Assembly: GCA_964628235.1 (NCBI GenBank)
Contig: CAZVLU010000015.1
Span: forward strand, 150 to 64,149
Reading direction: 5' to 3'
Length of the DNA stretch: 64,000 bases
DNA from: an uncultured Rhizobium sp.
GTDB lineage: Bacteria > Pseudomonadota > Alphaproteobacteria > SMXQ01
Shown: piece by piece, positions 27,882 through 40,300 of the stretch
Position numbering within the stretch: position 1 is the first letter of the stretch
Layout of the letters: every line of letters starts with the position of its first letter
The notes under the pieces: generated by a model
The model's input: only the letters and a program-made list of their open reading frames with translations
Told to the model about the DNA's origin: nothing
The model's database searches: none
Made by a program: the position numbers and the translations under genes

Positions 27882-27902
27882 CGGCGGCTCCGCTCCTGGC
27901 GG

Positions 27903-28682
27903 CTAGCGATGCAGAACTTTGTTACGACCATCGGTCTCATGCGCGTCGGTGGCATCCTTCTGACGCTCGACCTCTTCAAGGCGGCGGCGTAACGCCGTCA
28001 CCTGCTCGGCAAGGCCGTCGATCGCGCGGGCGACGGGATCTGGCAGATCGGCCGAAGGCGTGCCGTAGGCATAAAAGCAATCGTCCTGGGCAAGGTCCCC
28101 TGACGGCGCGCGGGCCGCGCCGCTGTCGTAAGCGGCGCGCTGCGCCAGTTCGATCACCGCGGCATCGCGGTCGATCACGGCGCGGGCCGGAATGCCGACC
28201 ATGGTGGCGCCGACAGGAACGTCCTTCAGAACCACGGCATTGGCGCCGACCCGGGCGCCCTCGCCGACCGTGATCGGACCCAGCACCTGGGCGCCAGCGC
28301 CGACGATCACCTTATTCATCAGGGTCGGATGGCGTTTGCCGCCGTTGAGCGAGGTGCCGCCCAAAGTGACCCCCTGATAGAGGGTCACGTCATCGCCGAT
28401 CACCGCCGTCTCGCCGATCACCACGCCCATGCCGTGATCGATAAAAAGGCGGCGGCCGATCTCGGCGCCGGGGTGGATTTCGATGCCGGTCAGCAAGCGG
28501 CCGACCTGGGTCAGCCAGCGGCCAAGCAGCAGAAAGCCACGGCGCCAGGCCGCATGGCCCAGACGATAAAAGAACAAAGCATGAAAACCGGGGTAGCAAA
28601 GGAGCACTTCCAGCCGCGAACGGGCGGCCGGGTCGCGCGCCATCATCGAGTCGATGTCACTGCGAAGATGCTTGAAAAACAT
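27903..28682 (-). CDS. cysE: Serine O-acetyltransferase
   Basis: N-terminal [20 protein letters not shown] and C-terminal hexapeptide-repeat left-handed beta-helix region. Confidence 0.9.
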   Translation of the reverse strand: MFFKHLRSDIDSMMARDPAARSRLEVLLCYPGFHALFFYRLGHAAWRRGFLLLGRWLTQVGRLLTGIEIHPGAEIGRRLFIDHGMGVVIGETAVIGDDVTLYQGVTLGGTSLNGGKRHPTLMNKVIVGAGAQVLGPITVGEGARVGANAVVLKDVPVGATMVGIPARAVIDRDAAVIELAQRAAYDSGAARAPSGDLAQDDCFYAYGTPSADLPDPVARAIDGLAEQVTALRRRLEEVERQKDATDAHETDGRNKVLHR

Positions 28683-28965
28683 GGGTCCCGCCGTGGTAAT
28701 ATCCGATTATGACAACCATTCCAGCGCGTTGAGCCGCGCCGCGATCCGGACCGCGTCATGAGCGGGATTTCCGTCGGTCGCAGCGCTCTTAATGCCGCGT
28801 CTCCGCCATCGGCCCTTTCCTTCGGCTCCGGTGACGACCATATAGAATTCCCCTTCAACGGGGTCAAGTTTAGCCGCCTATAAAAGGAAAAGACTATGCG
28901 GATTATCCGAGTCCATAAGTCAGCTATCGGCGCTTCCCGCGCCGCGCTGATCTGAGGCCGCGCCG

Positions 28966-29643
28966 ATGCCTGATGTGATTTTCAACGGCCCGGATGGCCG
29001 CATCGAAGGCCGTTACCAGCACAGCAAGGAACCGAATGCGCCGGTCGTGCTGCTGTTGCACCCGCACCCGCTGCATGGCGGGACGATGAACAACAAGGTC
29101 GTCTACACCCTGTTCCACGCCTTCGCGAAGCGCGGTTTCTCCGCCTTGCGCTTCAATTTCCGTGGCGTCGGCCGCTCGCAAGGCGGCTTCGACCATGGCA
29201 TCGGCGAATTGAGCGATGCAGCGGCGGCGCTCGACTGGGTGCAGGGCCACAACCCGGACGCGTCGCGCTGCTGGGTCGCCGGCTTCTCGTTCGGCGCCTG
29301 GATCGGCATGCAGCTCCTGATGCGCCGCCCCGAGATCGAAGGCTTCATCTCGATCTCGCCGCCGGCCGACCGCTACGACTTCACCTTCCTCGCCCCTTGT
29401 CCGTCGTCGGGCCTGATCGTGCAGGGCGACAAGGACGAGACGGTGGCGGAAGCCGACGTCGCCAAGCTGGCGCATAAGCTGGCCAACCAGCGCGACATCA
29501 CGGTCGATTACAAGCTGGTCAAGGGCGCCAACCACTTCTTCACCGACAAGCTGCCGGAGATGGAAGGCTTGGTTGACAAGTACCTCGACAAGGCGCTGGC
29601 CCCAGCCGCGGAAAAGCCGGCCAAGGTCGCCAAGGCAAGCTAA
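28966..29643 (+). CDS. Alpha/beta-fold hydrolase (small, YqiA/esterase-like)
   Basis: GFSFG nucleophile elbow. 225 aa. Confidence 0.7.
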   Translation: MPDVIFNGPDGRIEGRYQHSKEPNAPVVLLLHPHPLHGGTMNNKVVYTLFHAFAKRGFSALRFNFRGVGRSQGGFDHGIGELSDAAAALDWVQGHNPDASRCWVAGFSFGAWIGMQLLMRRPEIEGFISISPPADRYDFTFLAPCPSSGLIVQGDKDETVAEADVAKLAHKLANQRDITVDYKLVKGANHFFTDKLPEMEGLVDKYLDKALAPAAEKPAKVAKAS

Positions 29644-29717
29644 GCCCGCAGCGTCTGCGCAAACGATCAGGCGGCGAGATCACTCTCGCCGCCTGATGTT
29701 TTTGTCGTAAGCGACTG

Positions 29718-31391
29718 TCAGGCTGCGCGCACTCGCGCGATGAAGCCATCGACCTCGGCGCTCAGAGTATCCGATTGTCGCGCCAGATCGTTCGCAGCCG
29801 ACAACACTTGATGCGCCGCCGCGCCGGTCTCGCCGACCGCGTGGGCGACCTCGCCGATCGTCTCCGTCACGTTCTCGGCGCCGACCGAGAGCTGCTTGAC
29901 GTTGCGCAAAATTTCATCGGTCGCGGAAAGCTGCTCTTGAACGGCCTTGGCGATATCCTGTGCGATGCCGTTGAGCCGGGCGATCGTTTCGCCGATCGCT
30001 TCTGTGGCAGCCACCGATTGGCCAGCCGCGTCTTGCATCTCCGCGATTTTCGCGCCGATGCCCTGAATCGCCCTTCCAGTCTGGGTCGCCAGCGATTTGA
30101 CTTCTGCAGCGACGACTGAGAATCCCTTGCCCGCCTCGCCGGCGCGGGCCGCCTCGATGGTCGCATTGAGCGCCAATAAATTCGTTTGAGCGGCGATGCC
30201 GTCGATGAGCGTGACGACCTCTCCGATTTGCTGCGCGGCAGCGCTTAAATTGCGCATTTGGCCCTTGGTCCGTTCAGCCTGCTCGACCGCGCCCGCAGCC
30301 ATCATGCTCGACTCGGTGACGCGCTGGCCGATTTCGCCCACAGATAAAGTCAACTGCTCCGTCGCGCTCGCGACTGTCCGCACGTTGCTTGACGCTTCTT
30401 TCGAGGTGGTGGCGACGCTGAGCGAGCGCACGTTGGTCCGCTCGGCCGCCTGGGACATAGACTGCGACGTCGCTTGCAGTTCGCGCGCCGCAGCCGACAC
30501 CACGGTCACGATCTGCTGCACGCTGGCTTGGAATTCGTCGGCCAAGCGAGACATGGCCGCCTGCTTCTCCGCTTCTGCTTGGCGTTTCATCTCCTCTTGC
30601 TCAAGCCGCAGGCGTTCCGCCTCGATCATGCTGGCGCGAAACACTTCGAGCGCGCGCGCCATGATGCCGATTTCGTCGCGGCGAGCGACTCCGTCGATCA
30701 CCAGACTGGTATCTCCTTCGGCGAGACGCCCGATTTGCCCCGCCAAAACACGCACCGGCGCGCCGACACCGCGCATTAATGCAACGCATATGAGGATCAT
30801 CGCAAGCAAGGAGGCGCCAGCGACGCCGATCGCAATATAAGAAAGCCGGCGGCTTCGCGCCTCTGCGGCTGTGCCGAGTTTCGCTGCATGAGCAATGTAG
30901 GCATCGCGTAGCTTGCTGAAGGCGCTTTCCATGGTGAGCGCCGCGTTGTTGGCATCCGCTTGCAAGCTGCGTATGTCGGAATTGATCACAGCCTCGTTTT
31001 TCAAAGCAGGCAGCAGGCTTTTCTCGTAAATTTCGACGATCTCGCCGTAGCTTAAATTCGCTAAGGCGAGAAGCCGACGATCGGACTCGGTGGCGACGAT
31101 GTCCTTCAAATCGCCCAGCAGCTTGTCGGCCACGGCGCGCTGCGCGCTCCAAGCCTTTTCTGCCTCGAAGAAATTTGGGTTGATGATGACGCTCGCGACA
31201 AGCTGGTTGGTTTTGTTCGCAACCATCGCGGATTTCTCGATCAGCAGGGCTTTGCTTGCCGAGTCGTCGGAGACATGCTGGCTCTCCTGCATCCTGGCGA
31301 AACCGTAAAAGGTGATCGCGGACATCGAAAGGGTGGTTGCCGCCGCGATTGCAAAACCGGCCAGCAGTTTACGAGAGATCGTCCAACGCAT
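29718..31391 (-). CDS. Methyl-accepting chemotaxis protein
   Basis: N-terminal TM/periplasmic sensor, HAMP, and a highly conserved MCP signalling domain ([29 protein letters not shown]). The ATG at 31391 is preferred over the upstream TTG. Confidence 0.9.
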   Translation of the reverse strand: MRWTISRKLLAGFAIAAATTLSMSAITFYGFARMQESQHVSDDSASKALLIEKSAMVANKTNQLVASVIINPNFFEAEKAWSAQRAVADKLLGDLKDIVATESDRRLLALANLSYGEIVEIYEKSLLPALKNEAVINSDIRSLQADANNAALTMESAFSKLRDAYIAHAAKLGTAAEARSRRLSYIAIGVAGASLLAMILICVALMRGVGAPVRVLAGQIGRLAEGDTSLVIDGVARRDEIGIMARALEVFRASMIEAERLRLEQEEMKRQAEAEKQAAMSRLADEFQASVQQIVTVVSAAARELQATSQSMSQAAERTNVRSLSVATTSKEASSNVRTVASATEQLTLSVGEIGQRVTESSMMAAGAVEQAERTKGQMRNLSAAAQQIGEVVTLIDGIAAQTNLLALNATIEAARAGEAGKGFSVVAAEVKSLATQTGRAIQGIGAKIAEMQDAAGQSVAATEAIGETIARLNGIAQDIAKAVQEQLSATDEILRNVKQLSVGAENVTETIGEVAHAVGETGAAAHQVLSAANDLARQSDTLSAEVDGFIARVRAA

Positions 31392-31473
31392 GATTTGTGT
31401 CCGCAACTGATTGAGCTGCCGACATGTTTAGCGAGGAACCGTTAAGAATTGGGGACCGCTTCCTTAAGGTAAA

Positions 31474-32619
31474 TTAACGATTGCCAGGCGGCAGTTCGAG
31501 CCGACCGCCGCTCGTCGGCACGCCCACGCCGGTCGTGCGCGGCAAGCTCAATGGCAAGCCGCGCAGACTGCGCACGGCGAGAAAACCGAAGGCTTGCGCT
31601 TCCAGCGCGTCGCCGTTCCAACCCAACTCGTCCACCGCCTGCACCGGCGCTGCCAAGCGCTGGCGCAAGGCCGTCATCAGCGCCGCATTGTGGCGTCCGC
31701 CACCGGCGACCAACCAGCGCGTCGGCGCAGCCGGCAGATGCTCTTCGGCGCGCGCCACGGCGGCGGCGGTGAAGGCCGCCAGCGTCGCCGCGCCGTCAGC
31801 CACCGACAAGCCGGCGACTGCCGCCGTCATGAAATGATTGCGGTCGAGCGATTTCGGCGGACGGCGCGCGAAGAACGGATTGTCGAGCAACGTGGCGAGC
31901 CGCGCCGGATCGACGCGGCCTTGGGCCGCAAGCTTGCCGCCTTCGTCGTAAGCCTCGCCAGTGTAGTGGCGCACCCAATCGTCGATCGGCGCATTGCCCG
32001 GGCCGGTGTCGAAGGCGAGCAGGTCGGCATCCGCGCCGGAGCCGATCCAAGTGACGTTGGCGACGCCGCCGAGATTGAGCACGGCGACCGGCAATTGCAG
32101 ACTCGCCGCGAGCGCCCGATGAAACAGCGGCACCAAGGGCGCGCCCTCGCCGCCGGCCGCGACATCGGCGCTGCGAAAATCGCTGACCACGGGGATGCCG
32201 GTCAACGCCGCGAGCAAGGCGCCATCGCCGATTTGCCGCGTGATGCCGTCCTTCGGGCGATGCAAAATCGTGTGGCCGTGAAAGCCGACGACATCGACGT
32301 TGGCAGCCGCAACAGCCGCGTCCGCCAGCAGCCGACGAACCGCCTCGGCATGGGCTTCGGTCAAGCCCTGCGCCACCGCAGCTTCCTCGTCGACAGCGCC
32401 CTCCCCGCCGAGCAACGCGCGCAGGCGCTCGCGCAAGGCAGGCTCGTAGGGCAGCGTCGCAGCCGCGCCGACCTCCTGCACGACTATTCCATCGGTGCGG
32501 ATCAGCGCCGCGTCGATGCCGTCGAGCGAGGTGCCGCTCATCAGGCCGAGCGCCAGAACGCCCTGCGCCGCGCGCGCGCGCAAGGCGGCAGCCGGCGCGG
32601 CTTCAAGGGGAGACATCAT
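31474..32619 (-). CDS. anmK: Anhydro-N-acetylmuramic acid kinase
   Basis: GLMSGTSLDGIDAAL N-terminal ASKHA motif. 381 aa. Confidence 0.85.
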   Translation of the reverse strand: MMSPLEAAPAAALRARAAQGVLALGLMSGTSLDGIDAALIRTDGIVVQEVGAAATLPYEPALRERLRALLGGEGAVDEEAAVAQGLTEAHAEAVRRLLADAAVAAANVDVVGFHGHTILHRPKDGITRQIGDGALLAALTGIPVVSDFRSADVAAGGEGAPLVPLFHRALAASLQLPVAVLNLGGVANVTWIGSGADADLLAFDTGPGNAPIDDWVRHYTGEAYDEGGKLAAQGRVDPARLATLLDNPFFARRPPKSLDRNHFMTAAVAGLSVADGAATLAAFTAAAVARAEEHLPAAPTRWLVAGGGRHNAALMTALRQRLAAPVQAVDELGWNGDALEAQAFGFLAVRSLRGLPLSLPRTTGVGVPTSGGRLELPPGNR

Positions 32620-32773
32620 CGGGGCGCTCAGGGAGATGGCGGCGAATCCTTGCAGGAAGGGCCCATAAGCCGTTCCGTTGTCGTTTCTCGGCGGATTGTG
32701 CTAAATCCACCCGCCGTCTGCAAACGGAACTGTGCGCCGACGGCCCTTTTCATCTCCGACCTGACGGCCCGCA

Positions 32774-34045
32774 ATGACCAGCTTCCAGCCCCGCTCCGAT
32801 TTCCTGCGCGTCATCATCGAGCGCGGCTATCTTCACCAGTGCACCGATCTGGAAGCGCTCGACCGGCGCCTGACCAGCGGCGTGGTCACGGCCTACAACG
32901 GCTTCGACGCGACGGGCGACTCGCTGCATATCGGCCATCTCGTGCCGATCATGATGCTGCGCTGGCTACAGAAGACCGGCCACCGCCCGATCGCGCTGAT
33001 GGGCGGCGGCACCACCAAAGTCGGCGATCCGTCGGGCAAGGACGAGACGCGCAAGATGCTGAGCGACGACGACATCGCCGCCAACATCGCCAGCATCAAG
33101 CGGCCCTTCGCCAAGCTGGTCAATTTCGGTGATGGCCAAACCAATCCTGGTCCCACCGACGCCTTCATGGTCAACAACGCCGATTGGCTCGACGAACTGC
33201 GCTACATCCCGTTCCTGCGCGACGTCGGCAAGCATTTCACCATCAACCGCATGTTGACCTTCGACAGCGTGAAGCTGCGCCTCGAGCGCGAGCAGCCGCT
33301 GACCTTCCTCGAATTCAACTACATGATCCTGCAAGCCTATGACTTCGTCGAGCTGGCGCGCCGCCACGGCTGCTGCCTGCAGATGGGCGGCTCGGACCAA
33401 TGGGGCAACATCGTCAGCGGCGTCGACCTCGGCCGCCGCGTGGCGAACGTCGACCTGTTCGGCCTGACCTGCCCGCTCATCACCACCGCATCGGGCGCCA
33501 AGATGGGCAAGACGGTGGCCGGCGCGGTGTGGCTCAACCCCGACCGCTTCTCGCCCTATCAGTACTATCAATTCTGGCGCAACACCGAGGACGCCGACGT
33601 CGGCCGCTTCCTCAAATTGTTCACCGACCTGCCGCTCGCTGAGATCACCAAGCTCGAAGCGCTGCAAGGCGCCGAGATCAACGAGGCGAAGAAGCTGCTG
33701 GCCCTCGAAGCGACGGCGCTGTGCCATGGCCGTGAGGCCGCGGATGACGCTGCGGAGACGGCGCGCAAAACCTTCGAGGAAGGCGTCACGGGCGACGCCT
33801 TGCCGACCATAGAGATTCCGCGCAGTGAATTCGACGGCGGCATCGCGGCCTTCGCGCTGTTCGCGCGCGCCGGCCTCGCCGCCAGCAACGGCGAAGCCCG
33901 CCGGCTCATCAAGGGCGGCGGCGCGCGCCTGAACGACGCCGCAGTCTCCGACGAAGCGCAAAAAGTGACGTCTGCCGACGCCGCCGACGGCGTGATCAAA
34001 CTGTCCGCCGGCAAGAAGCGCCACGCGCTGGTGAAGCTCGTCTGA
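32774..34045 (+). CDS. tyrS: Tyrosine--tRNA ligase
   Basis: HIGH (GDSLHIGHL) and KMSKS-like (KMGKT) motifs, and a C-terminal S4-like domain. 423 aa. Confidence 0.95.
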   Translation: MTSFQPRSDFLRVIIERGYLHQCTDLEALDRRLTSGVVTAYNGFDATGDSLHIGHLVPIMMLRWLQKTGHRPIALMGGGTTKVGDPSGKDETRKMLSDDDIAANIASIKRPFAKLVNFGDGQTNPGPTDAFMVNNADWLDELRYIPFLRDVGKHFTINRMLTFDSVKLRLEREQPLTFLEFNYMILQAYDFVELARRHGCCLQMGGSDQWGNIVSGVDLGRRVANVDLFGLTCPLITTASGAKMGKTVAGAVWLNPDRFSPYQYYQFWRNTEDADVGRFLKLFTDLPLAEITKLEALQGAEINEAKKLLALEATALCHGREAADDAAETARKTFEEGVTGDALPTIEIPRSEFDGGIAAFALFARAGLAASNGEARRLIKGGGARLNDAAVSDEAQKVTSADAADGVIKLSAGKKRHALVKLV

Positions 34046-37000
34046 TCAGTTCTGCGCGTCGATCGGCGCTTTCGGCGGCGGCGGTTCGCGCTCGGCCGGA
34101 TCGACGCCCGGCGTCGGCAAGTCGCCCTCGAAAATGCCGAACAGGCCGCGCAGGAATCCCGGCGTCAGCGTCGCCAGCGGATTGACCGATACGTCGGGAT
34201 CGTCGAGCGGACCTGTCATGCGATAGGTCGCGGCGAAGATGCCCGATCCCTCGCCGCCGGTTAGCAGCCGGCCGAGCAGCGGAATGTTCCCCAGCACCGA
34301 ATTGAGCGTATAGGCCGGCACCACGGTGCCGCGCAGCGCCAGATTCTTGTCGCGAAAGCTGATCCAGCCCTCGGCGGTGAAGCCGAGCGATGCGCCATTC
34401 ATCTTCACCGCCTTGGTGACGAGCACGTCGTCCTGCAGCGTAAAGGGCGCCTCGAAGCGGTCGAAGCTGATGCCGTCGCCGCGCAGGATGTTGAGGATGC
34501 CGGTGAAGGAGGCGACCGACAGCAGCTTGGCGAGGCCGGGCGCGTTGATGAGATGGAAGTCCTCGATCAGCGCGCTGCCGATGAGCGGCGGATCGCTCTT
34601 GGCGGCTTGCGAATCGTCGTAACGCCCCTCGATGGTGAGCTTGCCGCCGACGAAATCCTCGGTTACGTCGAGCGCCTTCAACACGCTGCCGGCGTCGTCG
34701 GACTGCACGACGACACGGCGGTTCGCCCCGTCCGGCAACAGGCGCAGGATGAAGCTCTTGCCCGGCGCGGGATGGCCGTCGATGGCGATCGAGCGCCACA
34801 GCTTGCCTTCACGACGCAGATCGCCGCTGACGCCGGACAAACCGCCGCCAGCCCCGAGGCGCAAATTGTCGACCGCCAGCTTAATCGCCAGCGGCGGCGG
34901 GTCTTCCACCGGCAAGGCGTTGGGATCGGCCGCTTCATCGCCGTCGAGATTGAAGAAAGGCTCGACATCGAGCGTCTTGCCTTTCAACACGACCTCCAAG
35001 CCGCCAGAGGGGCGCAGCGCGATGTCCGCCGCAATGTCGCTGTGGCCGTATGCCATGCGATCGAGACGCACGCTGGCGAGCTTGCCATCGGCGGCGAAGC
35101 CCGCCGACCCGGCAGCGCTCAAATCTGCGGCTTCGATGCTAAAGCTGCGGATGGCCCTTAGTCGTTCGCCGGACAGCGCGATGTCGGCTTTCATCATGCC
35201 GGGCACGTCAACGTCTTTGCGCCAGCCGATCGCTGATAAGTCTAACGCGATCTTGGCCAAGTCGGCGGTGACGGCCAGGCTTTTCTCTTTCTTTGCCGTT
35301 TCCGTCAGCGTCAGATCGACGCCGGCTGTGCCGGCGACCACATCGCCAAAATCGAGGCCGATGGCGGCACGCGCAGCGTCGTCGAGGTCGGCCTTGACGT
35401 TCAGGCGGCGTTGGACGTCGCGCGCGTTGAAGGTCTCGGCCCAGGCGATCGTCGCCGGCGTCGCGCCGAGCTTGGCGGTGCCCGCCACCTCCATGCCTTT
35501 GCCGTCCAATTGCAGCGTGAAGGCGCCGTCGCTCAAGTCTTGGCCTAGCGCCACCTGCGGCAGCGCCAAGCCGCGCGACGTGGCGGAGGCCGCGATCTCG
35601 ACCTGCTTGAAGGTCAAGTTGTTCAACAGCGGCAGCCGGATCGAGAGCCGCACCGCCGCCTCGCCGCCGGCGTCGCGCGGATTCACGCCGAGCTCCTTGG
35701 CATAGCCGAGCCGCGGCCGGTCGAGGATTTCCAGAATTTGCCGCATGCTGCCGCGCGCGACAGCATTGACCGAAAGATATTCCTTATCGCCGTCGAGGCC
35801 GGAGATATCGACCTTGCCCGACTCGATCTGCACCCCGTTGGTTTCGCCGCCGGTGACCGCAAAGCTGAGCCCTTGGAGATTGACGGTCGCCGTGCCGCGC
35901 CCCTTGGTCAAAGTCGGCAGCGGCTCGAAATAGCGCAGAGCGATGTCGCTGTAATTGAAGGTGCCGACCAGGCTTTCGGGCATGAAATTGTCGAGGCCGC
36001 CCGTTCCGGCTGCGCCGCTCAGCGTCACGCGCGCCTGGCCGACGCGCCCTTCGATCATGTTCGCCATCACCCATTGGCGGCCGTTCACGGCGACATCCGG
36101 CGGCCAGTAGCGCTTGAGATCGGCGAGCGGCAACGACTTGAGCGCGAGATCGACATTCAACGAGAATGGCCCATCGACGATTCCGGGTTGATCGCCGGCG
36201 GCGATCAGCCGGGCGTCGATCACCGTCCCCTGCTCCTCGGGGCCGATCGCCAGCGTGAACTGATCAAGATTGATCGCCGTCAGGTCGTCGGTCAGGGCGC
36301 CGCGCAAAACAAGCGACCGCACAGGCATGCCGGGTCCCTGCGGCGCCCATGGCAGATCGAGACTGCCGGCGCCGCCGACGAGATCGAGGTCGATCCGGCT
36401 AATGCTGCCGTCGATCACCGCCTGCAAACGCAAGCTGCCGCTGATCGGCAGTTTCGCGCCGGCGAGCGGCGCCAAGAGCGGCACGCGGGCCGCGAAAAGC
36501 GCCGGCGATATTTCCTGAAGCTCGAGCCGCGCCGTGACGTCGCCATGGGCGATATCATAGCTGGCATCGACGGCAAAATTCGCCGTCTCGCCGCCGAGGT
36601 CGAGGCCGAAGGCGCCGCGCAGCCGGATGATCTCATCGCCGCGCAGGATAACGAAGGTCGCCGACGGCGCACGCCAAATGACATCCAGCTTGCGGTCGTC
36701 CAGCGTGATATCGGCGTCGATCAGCGTGAAACCTGTGAGATAACCGAGGTTGGATCGCCGGTCCGGCGGCGTCAGAAGATCGTCGATCACCTTAAGGAAG
36801 ACATCGGCACCCCCCTGCTCCTCCGCATCGGACGTGTCCTGCGACGATGGCGCCGCTTCGGTCAGTTGGATGACGCCTTCGGCATCGCGTGTCAGCGCCA
36901 TGCGAAGGCCGACGATTTCGAGGCTGGTCGGCGCGATGCGCCCGCGCAGCAAGGCGCGCGCGCTGAGGCCGAGGGTCAATTCCGGCAGATGGGCCTTCGT

Positions 37001-37264
37001 CTCGCCGGCCGCGTCGGCGATGGTGACGCCGAGGGCGCGAAACTGCAAGGCGCGCGCCCGGCCATCCCATGTCAGCAGCGTGTCGTCGAGCGCGACCTTA
37101 AGCGAACCGTCCGCCGGTTCCAGCGCTTCCACGATATAAGGCGTGAAAAAGCTGACCGAGACCGGGCCGCTCGCCAGACGGATGGTGAGAAAAATGCCGA
37201 GGATCGCCATCCCGGCCGCCAGCAGGGCGATGGCTTCGAGTAAAAACTTGGCGGTGCGACGCAT
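34046..37264 (-). CDS. Large AsmA-like / DUF3971-type envelope protein (YhdP/TamB-like)
   Basis: 1072 aa with an N-terminal TM anchor and a long beta-rich repetitive body. Conserved position between tyrS and glnE. Confidence 0.65.
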   Translation of the reverse strand: MRRTAKFLLEAIALLAAGMAILGIFLTIRLASGPVSVSFFTPYIVEALEPADGSLKVALDDTLLTWDGRARALQFRALGVTIADAAGETKAHLPELTLGLSARALLRGRIAPTSLEIVGLRMALTRDAEGVIQLTEAAPSSQDTSDAEEQGGADVFLKVIDDLLTPPDRRSNLGYLTGFTLIDADITLDDRKLDVIWRAPSATFVILRGDEIIRLRGAFGLDLGGETANFAVDASYDIAHGDVTARLELQEISPALFAARVPLLAPLAGAKLPISGSLRLQAVIDGSISRIDLDLVGGAGSLDLPWAPQGPGMPVRSLVLRGALTDDLTAINLDQFTLAIGPEEQGTVIDARLIAAGDQPGIVDGPFSLNVDLALKSLPLADLKRYWPPDVAVNGRQWVMANMIEGRVGQARVTLSGAAGTGGLDNFMPESLVGTFNYSDIALRYFEPLPTLTKGRGTATVNLQGLSFAVTGGETNGVQIESGKVDISGLDGDKEYLSVNAVARGSMRQILEILDRPRLGYAKELGVNPRDAGGEAAVRLSIRLPLLNNLTFKQVEIAASATSRGLALPQVALGQDLSDGAFTLQLDGKGMEVAGTAKLGATPATIAWAETFNARDVQRRLNVKADLDDAARAAIGLDFGDVVAGTAGVDLTLTETAKKEKSLAVTADLAKIALDLSAIGWRKDVDVPGMMKADIALSGERLRAIRSFSIEAADLSAAGSAGFAADGKLASVRLDRMAYGHSDIAADIALRPSGGLEVVLKGKTLDVEPFFNLDGDEAADPNALPVEDPPPLAIKLAVDNLRLGAGGGLSGVSGDLRREGKLWRSIAIDGHPAPGKSFILRLLPDGANRRVVVQSDDAGSVLKALDVTEDFVGGKLTIEGRYDDSQAAKSDPPLIGSALIEDFHLINAPGLAKLLSVASFTGILNILRGDGISFDRFEAPFTLQDDVLVTKAVKMNGASLGFTAEGWISFRDKNLALRGTVVPAYTLNSVLGNIPLLGRLLTGGEGSGIFAATYRMTGPLDDPDVSVNPLATLTPGFLRGLFGIFEGDLPTPGVDPAEREPPPPKAPIDAQN

Positions 37265-37387
37265 CGTGGAGACGGGACTTCCCTGAGCCTGAACGGGATC
37301 GGCTGGAACGGTGGCATGAGCGGTCGTGGCCCGCCTTGACCCTGCGGGAAACTTCCCGCAGTCTGCGCCAAATCGCGGCGGCAGGAA

Positions 37388-40300
37388 ATGGAACAGTACG
37401 CCTTTTTACCCGATCCAGCATCCTTGCCGAAAGCGGCCGACCCACAAGCCGCCTCACGAGGCCGCGAGCAATTGCGCGATGCCATCGCGCAAATCGGCGA
37501 GACTGCTGATGATTCGGCGCTGACCGATTTCGTCGCGCTTTTGACAGCCGATCCGCGTGGCGCGGCCCTCTGCGACGCGCTGTTCGGCAACAGCCCCTTT
37601 CTAACCCAGGCGATTCTCGCCGATCCGGGCGATTTTCGCAGTCTGCTCGTCGAAGGGCCGGATAGGCGCTGCGCCACCGCCCTGGCTGACGCCGCATCGG
37701 CTGCAGACGGCAGCGCCGACGAGCTGATGGCGGCGCTGCGCCGCGCCAAGCGCCGCAGCGCGTTGGCCATCGCCGCCGCCGACATCGCCGGCGCCTGGCC
37801 GCTCGAACGCGTCACCGGCGCGCTCAGCGAACTGGCCGAACGCACGCTGTCGCTCGTCGTCGCCCATCTTTTGCGCGCTGCCGCCGCGCGCGGCGATATC
37901 GTTCTGAAAAACCCAGATATGCCCGAGCAAGGGTCGGGCTTCGCCGTGCTCGGCCTCGGCAAGCTCGGCGCGCGCGAATTGAATTATTCGAGCGACGTCG
38001 ATCTCTTCGTCCTGTTCGACGACGAGGTGATGGACTATCGCGGCCCGCAAAGCCCCCAACAGTTCGCCGTCAAGCTCGCGCGCGACATGGTGCGCATGAT
38101 GGAAGAGCGCACCCAGAACGGCTATGTCTTCCGCACCGATCTGCGCCTGCGTCCCGATCCGGGCGCGACGCCGATCGCGGTCAACGTCCTCGCCGCCGAA
38201 ATCTATTACGAGAGCATGGGGCAGAACTGGGAGCGCGCCGCCATGATCAAGGCGCGTTGCGTCGCGGGCGACCGCGCCGTCGGCGAGGCCTTCATCGCCG
38301 GCCTGCGGCCCTTCATCTGGCGCAAAAACCTCGATTTCGCCGCCATTCAAGACATCCACTCGATCAAGCGCCAGATCAACGCCCATCGCGGCGGCGAGCG
38401 CATCGCTGTCGCCGGCCACAACGTCAAGCTCGGGCGCGGCGGCATCCGCGAAATAGAGTTTTTCGCCCAGACCCAGCAACTTATCTGGGGCGGACGCGAT
38501 CCGCGTTTGCGCACGCTGGCGACCTGCCAAACGCTCGACGGCCTCGTCGCCGTCGGCCGCGTCGAGGCGGCCACGGCGGCAGAAATGAAAGAGTCGTACG
38601 GCTTTCTGCGCGGCGTCGAGCATCGCCTGCAGATGATCGAGGATCATCAGACCCACTCGCTGCCGAAGGACGACGACGCGCTGCGCCATGTCGCGCTGTT
38701 CCTCGGCTACGACGGCACGGACGCCTTCGCTGCCGACCTGACGATGCACTTGTCGCGCGTCGAAAAGCATTACGGCGAACTGTTCGAAGAAGCGCCCGAC
38801 CTCTCCGGCGGCAGCGGCGGCAGCTTGGTCTTCACCGGCACCGAAGACGACCCTGAGACGCTCAAAACCCTCGCCGACATGGGCTTCAAAGACGGCTCTG
38901 CCGTCTCCGCCGTGGTCCGCGCCTGGCATCATGGACGCTACCGGGCGACACGCAGCGCCCGCGCCCGCGAATTGCTCACCGAACTGATGCCTCGTTTGCT
39001 CGCAGCGCTTGGCAAAACCGCCAACCCCGACGCCGCCTTTCTCAATTTCGACGAATTCCTCAAAAACTTGCCCGCCGGCGTCCAGCTCTTCTCGCTGTTT
39101 CACGCCAACCCGGAGTTGCTTGGGCTGGTCGCCGAGATCATGGGCAGCGCGCCACGCCTCGCCGCCTATCTCAGCGGCAATACCTCGCTGCTCGACGCCG
39201 TGCTGACGGAAGGCTTCGACGACGCCATTCCGGGTCCCGAGCCTCTCGCCGCCGACCTCGACTCCAGGCTAGAGCAGGCGCGCGATTTCGAAGATGTGCT
39301 GGAGATTTCCCGCCGCTTCGCCAACGACAACAAGTTCCGCGTCGGCGTACAAACCCTGCGCGCGCGCATCGACGCCGATATCCAAGGCGCGGCGCTGGCC
39401 GACATCGCCGACACGCTCATCGCCCGGCTCTACCGCGAAGTGTCGCGCGATTTCGCCCGCGTCCACGGAACCTTGCCCGGCGGCGAAATGGCCGTGATCG
39501 CGATGGGCAAGCTCGGCGGCCGGGCGCTGGCGGAAAACTCCGACCTCGATCTGGTGTTCGTCTATGACGCGCCCGACATGGAGGCGCGCTCGACCGGCGA
39601 GAAGCCGCTCGCCGCCGGCCTCTATTACCTCCGGCTCGGCCAACGCCTGCTCAGCGCCTTGTCGGTGCCGACCTCGGAAGGCAAACTCTACGAAGTCGAT
39701 ACGCGTCTGCGCCCGTCCGGCAATTCCGGACCGCTCGCCGCCAGCCTCGCCGCTTTTGCCCAATATCATGCCGAAGCGGCTTGGACCTGGGAACATATGG
39801 CCCTCACCCGCGCCCGCCTTGTCGCCGGCGAGGCAGGTTTACGCGCGCGGCTGACATCCCAAATCCGCGACATACTGACGCGGCCGCGCGATGCCGAACG
39901 GCTGCTGACCGACGTCGACGACATGCGCCAACGCCTGCACCGCGCCCGCCCCGCGGCGTCGATTTGGGATGTCAAAGACCGCCGCGGCGGCCTCATCGAC
40001 GTCGAGTTTATCGCGCAGTACATGCAATTGCGACATGGCCATGACCACCCGGAAACTCTCTCCGTCGCCACCGGGGCCGCCCTCGCCTATGCAGCGCAGA
40101 TCGGCGCGCTCGCCCCGGCCATGGGCGATGCGTTGATACGTGCCGACAAGCTATGGCGCACCATTCTCGGCATGTTGCGCCTGACGGTGTCCGGCAATTT
40201 CATCGAGATCCAAGCGCCCGCCGGTTTGAAGGCGGCGCTCGCCGCCGCTGCTGGCGCCGACAGTTTTGACGCGCTCAAGCGACAGATGGCCGAGACGGCG

